Below, one piece after another: positions 34,320 to 46,000 of a DNA stretch of 64,000 nt. This stretch comes from Zygnema circumcarinatum SAG 698-1b (taxonomy: Eukaryota > Plantae > Zygnematophyceae): assembly GCA_037447605.1 (NCBI GenBank), contig CM074810.1, positions 2,886,880 to 2,950,879 on the forward strand. Direction: 5' to 3'. Each line of letters starts with the position of its first letter. Within the stretch, counting starts at the first letter, position 1. The translations under genes and the position numbers were made by a program. The notes under the pieces are model-generated. The model was not told the origin of the DNA. It searched no databases and worked only from the letters and a program-made list of their open reading frames with translations.

Positions 34320-37300
34320 ATGGCTGAGTCAGATGTCTTCATGTTTGCAATGTCTAGAATGAGTTCCGTGATGAATAGTTCCTTCCTTGGGACCTCAAGC
34401 TTCTCGCTACCTCTGCCAAAACCAATTTTTCTAACTGTGATCGGTGCTCTGGCTCTGTATGTTTGCGTGCATTACTTTATCCATGGATCAAATTATCCCG
34501 GTGCGCATATATGGCCCGTTGTTGGCTGCTTGCCATCGATGATAAGAACTTTCCACAGAGTTCACGATGAAGCCACAGAAATGATTGAGGTGAGAAAAAG
34601 GATTTTATCTTTCAGCCTATTTAAATTTATTTTTGTATCATCTCAAAAGTGGAGAAACTATTATTTTGTGAGATCAATAACACATCTCTTCGCCCTCTTG
34701 TCCATAGTTGTTAGTACGTGATAAACGCGATCAGTGATACATTTCAAGTCTGTTACATTTTCTTTGGCAATTACTACTGATCATCCAAAAGACTTACATT
34801 TCCATTTTATTTACTACTTATCAAGGCAAACGAAGTAGTTTTGGAAAAGAACCGGATCTTTTTTTGCCAGAGTTAGTCATCTTTTGCGTATTCATGCTGA
34901 TGAAAAGGAAGAATCTCAAGACGTTTTGGATCGGCTCACTTTCATGTTGACGTTATCTAACATATTAGGCAAATGGCTTCTCGTAAAAGTGCAGAGGTCC
35001 GAAACCCTCACGTACGTGTCCAAGATATGCGGCTTGAATGATATTATCACTGCAAATCCGGCCAATGTGGAGTACGTTTTAAAAACCAATTTCCAGAATT
35101 ATCCAAAAGGGCCTCTATACCAGGTGCGCTGCTTCAAAGGGAATCCTTTTTTTGGAAACTTACACGAGTTCTTGTTTTAATGCAAACAATTTACTTTGGA
35201 TCCAAGGCGTTTTTGGCTGTTGACTCCTTCTCCGTCAAATCTTGGTTTCTTTACAGGAAATTTTTAAAGACCTCCTTGGCCATGGCATATTCAACAGCGA
35301 CGGTGAGGTTTGGAAAGAACAGCGAAAAGCAGCCAGCTTGGAGTTTTCAACTGGGTCCCTTCGCCGCCTTATCGAGACCTCCTCTGCTGACGAGGTCTCC
35401 CACCGCCTTCTACCAACACTTCGTCAGGTACGCAAGTCCGCCTTGTTCCCAATTCTCTGTTGGTTATGTAAATTGTAGATCGTGAGCAATCATACAAAGC
35501 AGCAGGCTTGCTTGGCAACAAGCTCGTGGGCGCCAACCTGATGCTCAAATACATGACATCTTTATCGGAATCACATGTGTGATTGATTGATGCAGGCAAT
35601 GGAAAGAGAGGAGCCTCTTGATATGCAAGATGTGCTACTTCGCTACACATTTGACAGTATCTGTCGAATTGGTTTTGGCATTGATCCTGGCTGTCTATCA
35701 CCAGACTTGCCAATAATTCCGTTTGCAAAAGCCTTCGATCGAGCAACGGAAGTGAGGACTTGTCTTTCGATTTGATTATCTGAACACGAACATTTTCCGT
35801 GATTGCACTCAGGAGTTAGAATGAAGCAATGACATATGCGCGTCTGGAGATGCTGTCGCCTATCATAGGCATCTGCATGCCCTATAGATCCGAGGATAGC
35901 AATGCAACAATTTACGACTGGAATCAAATCATGTTTGATGGTCTTATATTCTTGTTAGAAACCGATTTGTTGAAGGAATCGTTTGATGAAAAACTAACAC
36001 GTTGCTTTGCCCCTTTGCAGATCACTCTTGTCCGCTTGTTTACGCCGAAATTTGCGTGGAAATTGTTCAGGTGGTTGCAGTGGGGGCGGGAGTCAGACTT
36101 AAAAAAGGGAATCAAGGTGAGACTTGTAGAAATTCTAAGAAGGTCTTGAACTCCTTCGACCTTAGACGTGTGGCTCAACCTCCAGTTTTTCATTCTCATT
36201 GTTGAAGGGCTTTGTTGAAGGGTGATGTTTGCAGACAGTCCACGAGTTTGCTGATAAAGTTGTTGAGAAACGCCTATTAGAACTGGCAGAAATGAAGAAC
36301 CGTGAGGGAGATGCGACACGTTCTTCTCATGATAGCACGTGCGATGAGCAGAGTGATTTCTTGTCTAGGTGACACTTTCAACTTGCAAGCTGAGCTGGCC
36401 CAGAAACAATTACTGTTCATTGCTCGAACGTCACTAGAATTGAGCAGCTCAACCGAAATCTTGAAGTTGTTTTGTAAAAGGATGAGGTAATCGCCGCAGT
36501 GCCGAAATATCTGCGTACGTTTATTGCAGGTTTATCCTTCTCGGGCAGCAGAGTGGAAAACAGGAATATTCCAACACGTTCCTGCGCGATATCTGTACCA
36601 ACTTTATACTTGCAGGGCGTGACACTTCTTCGGTTGCTCTAAGCTGGTTTTTTTGGTTGCTGACTTCACATCCGAACGTGGAGGAAAAGATTCACGAAGA
36701 GATCGACCGCATTCTCGCAGCTCGTGATCCTTGTGAGAGCGCGCTTATCCTTTGGAAGAAATTGCAATATAGTAATGCCACTAATGTAATTGAAATAGGT
36801 GCCAGTGGTTCGCGTGGTTTTTACAGGGGTGCTTCAACTGCAAATTTTTGTTCCTCACCAAGTAATTTTTAGTCGTATTTGCAGGTGAGAGAAGCAACGA
36901 AGCATTTACATTCGATGAGCTTCGGTCCATGCAGTATCTTCATGCAGCACTCACGGAATCGCTTCGCCTTTATCCTTCAGTTCCTGGGGACACCAAGTAA
37001 GATTTTCTACACTCATCAATTGAAAACCTTGGAGCATATTTTTACAGTACTTAAAGCAACTCTACGGAAGAGATTGAAGGGCTGTCCTTACATCTCGATG
37101 CAGATTCTGGGCTTGACGGAAGTTGCTTTTTGCACTGCAGATATGTCATTGATAATGACACTCTCCCAGATGGGACATTTGTGCCGAAGGGATGGCGCCT
37201 GACATATTCAATGTATGCAATGGGCCGCATGACAAGAGTGTGGGGTCCCGATGCGAAGGAGTACAAGCCAGATCGCTGGCTGGGAAAGGATGGCCAGTTT

Positions 37301-37660
37301 CAATCAGAAACTCCATTCAAATTTCCCGCGTTCAATGCCGGCCCTCGCCTTTGTCTAGGTCGAGACATGGCCTACGTTCAGGTACTATATGTCATATTGC
37401 TCATCTACTGTAAGATTTTCATGAAGGTCTTTAGGATGCGTAGGTGAGCACTTTGCCAGCAAACTGTTTTTGGAAATCTTCTGTTGTTTGGAATTGACAT
37501 GATGTTGGTGTGCCGTGGACAAGTGCAGATGAAGTCAGCTGTAGGAGCTATTCTTCGAAACTTCCGTTTGAAACTCATTCTAGGGCACCCCGTTCAGTAC
37601 CAGCTCTCGCTCACATTGTTCATGAAACATGGCCTCCTTATGACAGTCCATCCACGCTAA
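34320..37660 (+). CDS. Cytochrome P450, CYP86 clan (CYP86/94/704-like fatty-acid hydroxylase), apparently intact, multi-exon
   Basis: [71 protein letters not shown]-helix [26 protein letters not shown]-helix [24 protein letters not shown], heme motif [10 protein letters not shown]. Family within the clan not resolved. Confidence 0.95.
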
Positions 37661-38520
37661 CTGACACGTGGCAACGGACGAACAAAGGAGCAGACTTTGC
37701 TCGTCTTTATTTGAAGATTTTCTCCTATGTCTTGCAATGTGTTGATATTGCTATTTGGTCGCCTCTACTCGAAGGGGAAAGGGTTGGTGGAGATGAATTT
37801 GCCTCTAATCCTTCTGCCCTTCTCACAAACAATACATGGGTGAGTGGGAGGAGTTCTAGATATAGTGCCCTCTTCTATGTTCTGAACACAATTATAATTC
37901 GCCCCCAACATTTTTGTTTCACAAATGAATTAAGAAAAATATTTTTTTTGTGGAATCCGTTGAGCAAGCATGCAGGAAGGAGTTCTCATCCATGACCAAA
38001 AGAACGTGTTTTTAATACTTGTTGACCCATGTTGAAAGATAATGCGTCAAGTGCGACAAGCAATCCTCCCCTGCTCAATCCATGTTTTCTCGCCGTTCCT
38101 TATCCGTCTTGTGGTTTCCTTCCGTGCTCGTGGTTTGGGCAAAGGCCCGCATTAGGAGGGCCACACTTAAGAAGATTGGACAAAATAATAGTACTTTAGG
38201 GTTTTTAAGGGTTGGTGCCACCAACCACTATGCTCCACTTCGTACTGGAGATCGCCTCGTGCCTTTCAGCCGTAGGATGTAATAAGCCACATTCGAAGGA
38301 TCAGGGCTTCTGCATGGCCTGCGGTAAGAGCAAGCCAATCACGAGTTACCACGTTTGCATATTTTTCTTACGTGGCATGCTGTGATTGGCTATGCTCTGT
38401 TCTTTGAAAAAACTACTCCAATAGACTGCCCCACTACCCATTGCATTCTCTTGCCGAAAGATAGTTTGCAGCTTTCTCCATAGAACCAATCTTTTAGGGA
38501 AAAAAAAATCGAAAACTCAT

Positions 38521-38950
38521 ATGAGGAGGGCAGTCACGGCTATTTCCGTCTGGGGTTTCTGCTTTAGTCTTCAAGCTTTTTGCTCCAGGGCATGGCTGCC
38601 GAGCTCGACCGGATGGGCACTGCTGGGAGCCGTCTTTCTGTACGTCTGCGTGCACTGCATAATGAATGGAACCAACTATCCTGGTCCCCACTATTGGCCT
38701 TTCGTGGGAACCCTGCCGTTTATTGTTTCAGACCTGGAAAATCTTCACAATGAAGAAACGAAGTATGCTGCGGTGAGACTTAGTCTGCGACGAAGTGATG
38801 ACTGCTGTTGATGAATTTCTTCATCCTTTGGTTTCGCTTTCGTTTTATCGTCCTGTGGTGATGTTCAGAACACGTCGTCTGCTAATAACTCGTTTTTAGG
38901 GTTTGCAGGGGTCGGGTTCGAGCAGCTTCATCTCCAAGGCATGCGGATTG
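38521..38950 (+). pseudogene. Truncated tandem paralog of the CYP86-clan gene (exon 1 plus the start of exon 2)
   Basis: LGAVFLYVCVHCIMNGTNYPGPHYWPFVGTLP...LHNEETKYAA|GTGAG parallels exon 1 of the upstream gene, with the donor at the equivalent position. The next exon (38909) reads FISKACGLM (upstream gene: YVSKICGLN) and then runs into a microsatellite. Confidence 0.85.
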
Positions 38951-39044
38951 ATGAGCATGAGCATGAGCATGAGCATGAGCATGAGCATGAGCATGAGCAT
39001 GAGCATGAACATGAGCATGAGCATGCGCATGCGCATGAGCATGA
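38951..39044 (+). repeat. (ATGAGC)n hexanucleotide microsatellite
   Basis: About 15 units, directly visible. Confidence 0.97.
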
Positions 39045-39071
39045 GTGCTCGCATATTTGTATGTGTTTCGA

Positions 39072-39296
39072 CCGTTGGATTGCCGTGTGCGAAAGTTTAG
39101 GGCTCTGACCGTTGGATTCACCACGTGCACACTTGCGTCACTTGACCGTTACTATTGCCGCGTGCGAGGTTCTAGACATTGGACCGTTGGATTCGCCAAC
39201 TTTTCATGCCTCAAGGTCCTCCGACCGTTGGACTTGCACCATTTTTGCCATTGGATTGCCGCGTGCCGTTGGATTTCCATGGCCCATTCAACCGTT
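39072..39296 (+). repeat. Second array of GACCGTTGGATT-like boxes, 37-41-bp spacing
   Basis: Cores at 39072, 39109, 39146, 39184, 39225 and 39266, with off-register extras at 39248 and 39292. Confidence 0.82.
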
Positions 39297-40060
39297 CTTA
39301 AAGCCTCAAATCTCACATGTGGCAATCTCACGGTCACATCGACCAAATTCCGTACTACGACCGTACACGTTCGTACGTATTTTGGTTTCCGTACAAGGGA
39401 AGGCCGAAAATTTTATGGTTGACTCAACGGTAATGTATGAAGGGAAGTCGCAAACAATTTTCAAAACTGGCTCTCCGTAGGGAGTCGAAATTTGGCCAAG
39501 ACCAAGCGAGGCAAATTTCTCAGTCCTCCCCAAAATATTTTAATCTGACCGTAATCTCCCGCTGGGCGCTGGCCGAGTCTAAATCATTACAAACTTAGCC
39601 TTGTCCATTATCAAACGGACGTGTCCAATTTTAGGGTTTCCCGCCCAAACGTTTTAATGCAAACTCTCATTTCTGGCCTTCCTGGAGTTCCATCTCTCCC
39701 TGTCCCTCTCTCCCTCCCTCCAGCCCTCTCTCTCTCCCTCTCCCTCACTCTCCCTCTTACCCCCCCTCCTTCCCCAAACCCTAACTGTCTCTTCTCCTCC
39801 TCTCATTCTCCCTCTCGTTTCCCTTCACCTACTACTTCTCTTAAGCAGCATGATGTTTGGGATCTCCAAAAACACTCACCTTGCAGGAAACCCTAAAATA
39901 TCTTCCTCGAATTAGAGTCCTCCCCTCTCCACTTCCCATAACCACCAACCTTCAGTAGCATGAATGCTAAGGTTTGCAAGCATTTTCTCTTTATCAAACC
40001 CTTACATACATATCATTGACTGTGCAATAATAAAACACCATCCCAGCCGCATCCGCCCCC

Positions 40061-43000
40061 ATGGCGGGAGACCAAGCAAGTGGACACGTGGCAGCTGCAG
40101 GAGAAACTCCAAGCTCTTCCAGCAGCCGCCTTTGGAAGCTTCTGGAAGAGCAGGAGCGGTCCGGGCAGGAAAACTTTTGCCCGGATGTTGGAGAGGTGTA
40201 TTTCCTGGTGATGCATTTCCTTGGAGGGTCCAAATGTGAAAAATCTTCGGGGCAGCTTTGGAACGAGCTCTTGAAACATAAGCTCCTCCCCCGGCGCTAC
40301 CATGGCTTCTACTCCCGCCATGGCGGCTCAAGCGGAGCGGAGGAGGACGATGGCCTCTCATGTCCCCTCAGCTATGGGGAGCTTGCAGCGAGGTTGGCCC
40401 TTCTCCGTTTTTTTTCTTATCGAATGTACTCATTTCATATCACCCGTATCGTTCCATTTTAGGGCACGATACGGGAACGATACTTCTCCATGTTTGTTTC
40501 TGTTTCAAAACTATCTCCTTCTTCGAGATGTGTTTTGTCTTTTTCAGTCCGCCATTTACTCTATCGTCTGTGCTCATTTCACCCACTTCGTTGCTCTTGG
40601 TCCGTTCCCTCGTTCTCCCTTTCCTTTTCCCTCCTCTCCCCATCCCTCTCCCTCTTCCACTCCCTCTACGTCACTCTGTCTCTCCCTCTCCCTGTCCCTG
40701 CCCCTTTCCCTCTCTTCCTCCACCTCTCGCTCCTTTTCTCCCTCCCCCTCTCCCCCTTTCTTTCCTTCGCCCTCTTCCTCTCCGATTAATTCCCGCTCTT
40801 TAAGCTCCTCTTACTTGAATTCTCTCTCCTTTGCTTTCTCCCCTGCTCAAATCCGTCTTCAAACCCTGCTTTCTACCTTCTCCTCACTCTCTCCTCCCCG
40901 TTCCCCATCAAACATCTCTCCCACCTTTCTTTCACTTATATATGTAAAATAATGTCTACATTCCTTCAGGCACAAAGACCTGCCTGCAAGCCATCTAGTG
41001 GACCTTCTCCATGAGCTTCTCCGGTACCGCCGGGTGGAAGCAATGCGGGAGGAGGAAGATGTGGGGAAGCTTCTGGAAGGCCTCCCGGGGGGGACAGTAG
41101 CAGCAAGGAAGGTTTCTGCAGCGGATGGGCCAACACTGCTGGGAAAAGGCGATTTCTCGCTTGTCAGCTGTAAGTTCAGCTGAAATTCAGTAGGTTAAGT
41201 TAGTCATTGGTTTGTTAAGCGTTTTCTGTTTCTCCCATGCTTTTGCCGCGTTGAGAAAAGGAGAAGACTAGGGTCTCCCGATCTCTCGACTCCTTAACGT
41301 TCCTCCTTCCTCTCTCCCTCCTTTTTTTCTAGTGACTTCTGTTGCGTTTGGTGGACGACGAAGAGGGTGTGAGGATCCTGTGTCCTCCCCACAACCCCCT
41401 CCTTCCCCGCCCTTTAGGCGTCTTCATTTTTTTTTGGATCGGGATCCATTGAGGGAACATTCAATAGCATGGGCTAATCTAGGTTTGGCACGTTGCATCT
41501 CTGTCTGACGCGGGGAGCTATGATTCGATCATGCGTTACGGGGTACTCTCATGGATTTTCACCCTTTAAGGAATGCAGTAATGTGGTGGGTGCAGCGCGC
41601 TTCAGAAGAGTATCACATTGAGAAACGTCCTAGACAAGCAATTTCTCTTTCTTTTGGGTTCTCGGCTGATCCTTTATTTAAGCGTTACAACTTATGAAGT
41701 TCTTTCACTTTTCTGACGTAGGGCTGCATGATGACACTGCACCTGCATGCAAAAATCACAAGCCCACAATCAAAAAATCACAATCACAAGCGTTTGTGGG
41801 CCCTGTTTGTTTTTTTGCAAAAAAAAAAAGAGTTGCAGAAAATTTCGTTTGGTGGTAAGAAATAACACTTGAACTTTTTTTGAATTGTGGGTAGCAGGTA
41901 ATAAATCTTCATCTGATGCGAAAATTTTGAGGCTGCTTGAGCAGCTTCGGTGGCCCCACCAGAGAGCTGACCAGCTCCATGGACTGCTGCTTCGTGAAAC
42001 TGGTGGCGGTTATTTACGGAACTGCAACAGTGTTCCGTCGTACAGGACGGCAGGGCTTACATTGCTGAAACCGCAGTTTTTTGTGAATGGCCTCAAATAC
42101 ATCAAGACTCTTCGGGGCCATCGAAACGCCGTCTACTGCGGTGTGTGGGTCTCACCTAGTGGAATTCCTTTCTGAGACTAATTTACAGGATCTGTCTGGG
42201 TGGCCAATACATTAGTTTGCAGTCCTAAAAGGTACAATAATGAACCCAAAAGATCTTCTCGTCTGGTTCTAAACTTCAGGGAGTAATTGTGATTTGGGAA
42301 CGAAGCTCATTCACAAGTGTTGCTGGAAATTTACCATGAGCATGTTGAACAGGGAGTATTTGTGGCATGTTGACCTGAATTTTTTGGCTTTCTGCAGCTG
42401 TTTTTGATCGGTCGGGTAGATATCTCATCACCGGATCGGATGATAGACTTGTGAAGCTCTGGTCGATGGACACGGGGCTTTGCCTCCGCAGCTGCCGAGG
42501 TCACACTGTAAGTGATTCTTACTTCTCTGTTAATGTTTGCTGATTGCAAACCGGTTTGCTGTTATCACTTGTCCTCCCTCTCCGTCACCCCTTGCTCCCC
42601 TCCCCTCCATTCTCTCCTTCCCCTCGCTCATCCCATGCGCGACGCCCTCCCCTCCCCCCAGCCCCTTTCCTCCCGCATCCTTCCCCATCTTCCACTCCAT
42701 TTGAAGCATTACCACCTCCTCCCTTCCCCTCTCTTCCTCATGTCCCACTCCCTCCCGTCTAGTGCCCTCCCCTCCACTCCCACCCCCATCCCTCTCCTGC
42801 CCTCTCCTCCACCCACACTGTAAATGATTCTTACTTCTCTGTTAATGTTTGCTGATTGCAAACCGGTTTGCTGTTATCACTTGTCCTCCCTCTCCGTCAC
42901 CCCTTGCTCCCTCCCCTCCATTCTCTCCTTCCCCTCGCTCATCCCATGCGCGACGCCCTCCCCTCCCCCCAGCCCCTTTCCTCCCGCATCCTTCCCCTTC

Positions 43001-46000
43001 TTCCACTCCATTTGAAGCATTACCACCTCCTCCCTTCCCCTCTCTTCCTCATGTCCCACTCCCTCCCGTCTAGTGCCCTCCCCTCCACTCCCACCCCCAT
43101 CCCTCTCCTGCCCTCTCCTCCACCCACACTGTAAATGATTCTTACTTCTCTGTTAATGTTTGCTGATTGCAAACCGGTTTGCTGTTATCACTTGTCCTCC
43201 CTCTCCGTCACCCCTTGCTCCCCTCCCCTCCATTCTCTCCTTCCCCTCGCTCATCCCATGCGCGACGCCCTCCCCTCCCCCCAGCCCCTTTCCTCCCGCA
43301 TCCTTCCCCATCTTCCACTCCATTTGAAGCATTACCACCTCCTCCCTTCCCCTCTCTTCCTCATGTCCCACTCCCTCCCGTCTAGTGCCCTCCCCTCCAC
43401 TCCCACCCCCATCCCTCTCCTGCCCTCTCCTCCACCCTTTCCTTTTCCCCTCTCCGTATTCCAGACCCTCCCCCTCCCCCTCCCCCTCCCCCTCCCCCTC
43501 CCCTCCCCCTCCCCCTCCCCCTCCCCCTCCTGTGAGGCAGGGAAGCTCCATTGATGGTGATGCACATGTGTGCTTTTTTTCAGGGTGACATTACGGATTT
43601 GGCAGTCAGCAGTGACAATACTCTTGTTGCCTCTGCTTCGAATGACACAACCATCCGGCTGGTAAGTCTTTTCTTTTTCTTTTCATGCCATCGCAAACCA
43701 TTCTCTTAGCTGAGGATGTCTTTATCCATCCGCAAGGCATTCGTATGCTGGAACTTTTGAATGTTTGTCGATGATTTCTAGAAAAAGCAGACCATCTTCC
43801 AAATGCTGGCAGCAAGTCTGGAATCTTTTTCCATACTTTTGATGATCTGATTGTCATGTTTTTACTTGAATGTGAAAATTCTCTTGCAGTGGAGATTGCC
43901 CCTGGGCGTGCCCGTGGCTAGTTTGATTGGCCATAAGGAGTCTGTGACTGCGATAGCGTTCAGCCCTGGAAGAGGCAGCGAACACCTCCTCCTTTCGTAT
44001 GCTTGCAAACCCGAAACACTCACAGTACAAAAATGCCTTTTTTGAATCGAGAGGAGGGGAGGGGGAGAGAAAGGAAGAGGAGGGGAAGGTCTGGAGTACG
44101 GAGAGGGGAAAAGGAGAGGGAAGGGGCGAGTGCAGCAGAGGGGCGGAGGTGCGAGGGGAGGAGAGGGCAGGAGAGAGACGGGGTTGAGAGAGATGGAGAG
44201 GGCAGGAGAGGGAATATTGTCAGACTCGCCGAATTTCGCAATTTGATATGAGGGAAAGGAGTGGCCTTTCGTCCCAGCCCCTTTGTTTCCTTTCCCTTCC
44301 TTTACATCCTATTTGCTAAAGGGTAGAAGTGCTGTTGGGTATATTTCAGAGCTTCAGAAGATGGGAGTTGCCGGATTTGGGATGTCCGAAACGGGAATAC
44401 TTCGTTCCAGCTGTATATACCTCGTGAAGGGGAACTTGGTGAGGACTTTTTTCAGCCTAATTTCATACTTTGGAGTTTGTTTTTTCCCACCTACTTTAAT
44501 TCATGCTTAAATGAACTCAATAGAACTTAATCTCTCTTTTCCCAATGGTTTCTGGTTGGACTACGCTGTTTTGTATTCCTATTAAGCATTTTCTAGTCAT
44601 CTCCTTCCCCTTCATTAGATTGTTATAGATATGCGATAAATTTTCCATCATGAAACATTTACTTCTTCACACAAACGTATAGCAGAATCATATCTAGATA
44701 CTTTTAAACCAGTCAAACTACTTATTGCTATCGTTTGAATGATTTATTGCGCTTACGGCGCTGATCATCCCAGCTCCTTCTAAACTTACACAAAACAACC
44801 ATTCTACAAAATATTCTATGATGTATTAGGACTTTTTGAGGTACAGATAGTTGTTTGTGTTGAAGGGATGCAGGACCTCGCAACCAAATATCAACACAAA
44901 CTGAAACTGTCCCAAAGGCAGCCGCTGTTCTATGCTGCTCGTTTAATGCAGATGGCTCTCTCTTTGTTACTGGGAGTTCGGACACATATGCGAGGGTAAA
45001 TTCCTAGAAAATATATTGCTTACTTTGAGATTAGATATGATGAGATTTTAAAAATGCCTAAGATGGGATTTTGCATCTGTCTTATCCATGTCTTGTTATA
45101 ACTCAACAGATGCTATTTACGTGTAGTTTGCATATTTTCTTTGTATGGTTGACGAGAGGCATTCCGTAGGGATTTATGGCTTCAATAAGGTGCAGCTGAC
45201 AGGCTGAAGATCTCCATTTTTTGACAGTTCATGTGTTGTCGACGATGTTTATGGGTGATTAAGGATATATATATGATTATCAGAGATTAAATATTAGTGA
45301 TGATGGGTAATTTATTTGCACTGTTGAGCAGTTATGGGATGCGAAATTAGCGGGAGACCACCTTGGAAGGCCCATTGGGGAAGAGATGTTGCTGGAGGGG
45401 CATAAGGTTGATGTCAACTATGTGCAGTTCAGGTGAAGCTCTCTCCCTCCCTCCCTCCCATCCATCTCTGTCTGTCTCTCTCTGTTCCTCCTCTCCGTCT
45501 GTCTCTTCCTCTAGATGTCGCTTTGATTTTCTTCCTGCCATTGGCATCTTCCTTCCTCCCTTCCCACTGATCTGATACACTGTCTCTTCTCCTGCCCTTT
45601 CCCACTCTCTCACACTCTCCATCTCCCTTTCTTTTCCTCTTCCGTTTCGGTCTTATATCCCGCCTATCTCTCTCTCTCCCTCTCTCTCCGTCTCCCTTTC
45701 TCTCCCTCTCTCTCTCTCCCTCTTCAAGTAGCTGAAGCCTGTATTGGTACTCCAAGACCTTGATACTGAAAAAAATCCCATTGGAGAAGCTGTTTAGATA
45801 ATTAGACTCTAATTATATTATGACCTCCTTTCTCTGTTCGAGTGTTGCTGCAGTGGCTGCTCTCCCTGTGCTCAGCCTCTCCCACGTGAAGGAGAACGCT
45901 CCTTACCAGCCTCCTTCAAGGAGAGGCTCGTCACTTGCTCCCGCGATGGATGCATGATTATTTGGCAGCGAGCTCCAAAAAAAGCCCATGTAGGTTTGAA

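Noticed and set aside
38882-39130. His-Ala repeat (HAHAHA) or Met-Ser repeat protein
   Set aside because: Translation of the (ATGAGC)n microsatellite.
32645-39296. The two box arrays as inverted ends of one large transposon carrying the P450
   Set aside because: Both arrays have the same orientation, and I found no TIR or TSD bounding the block.
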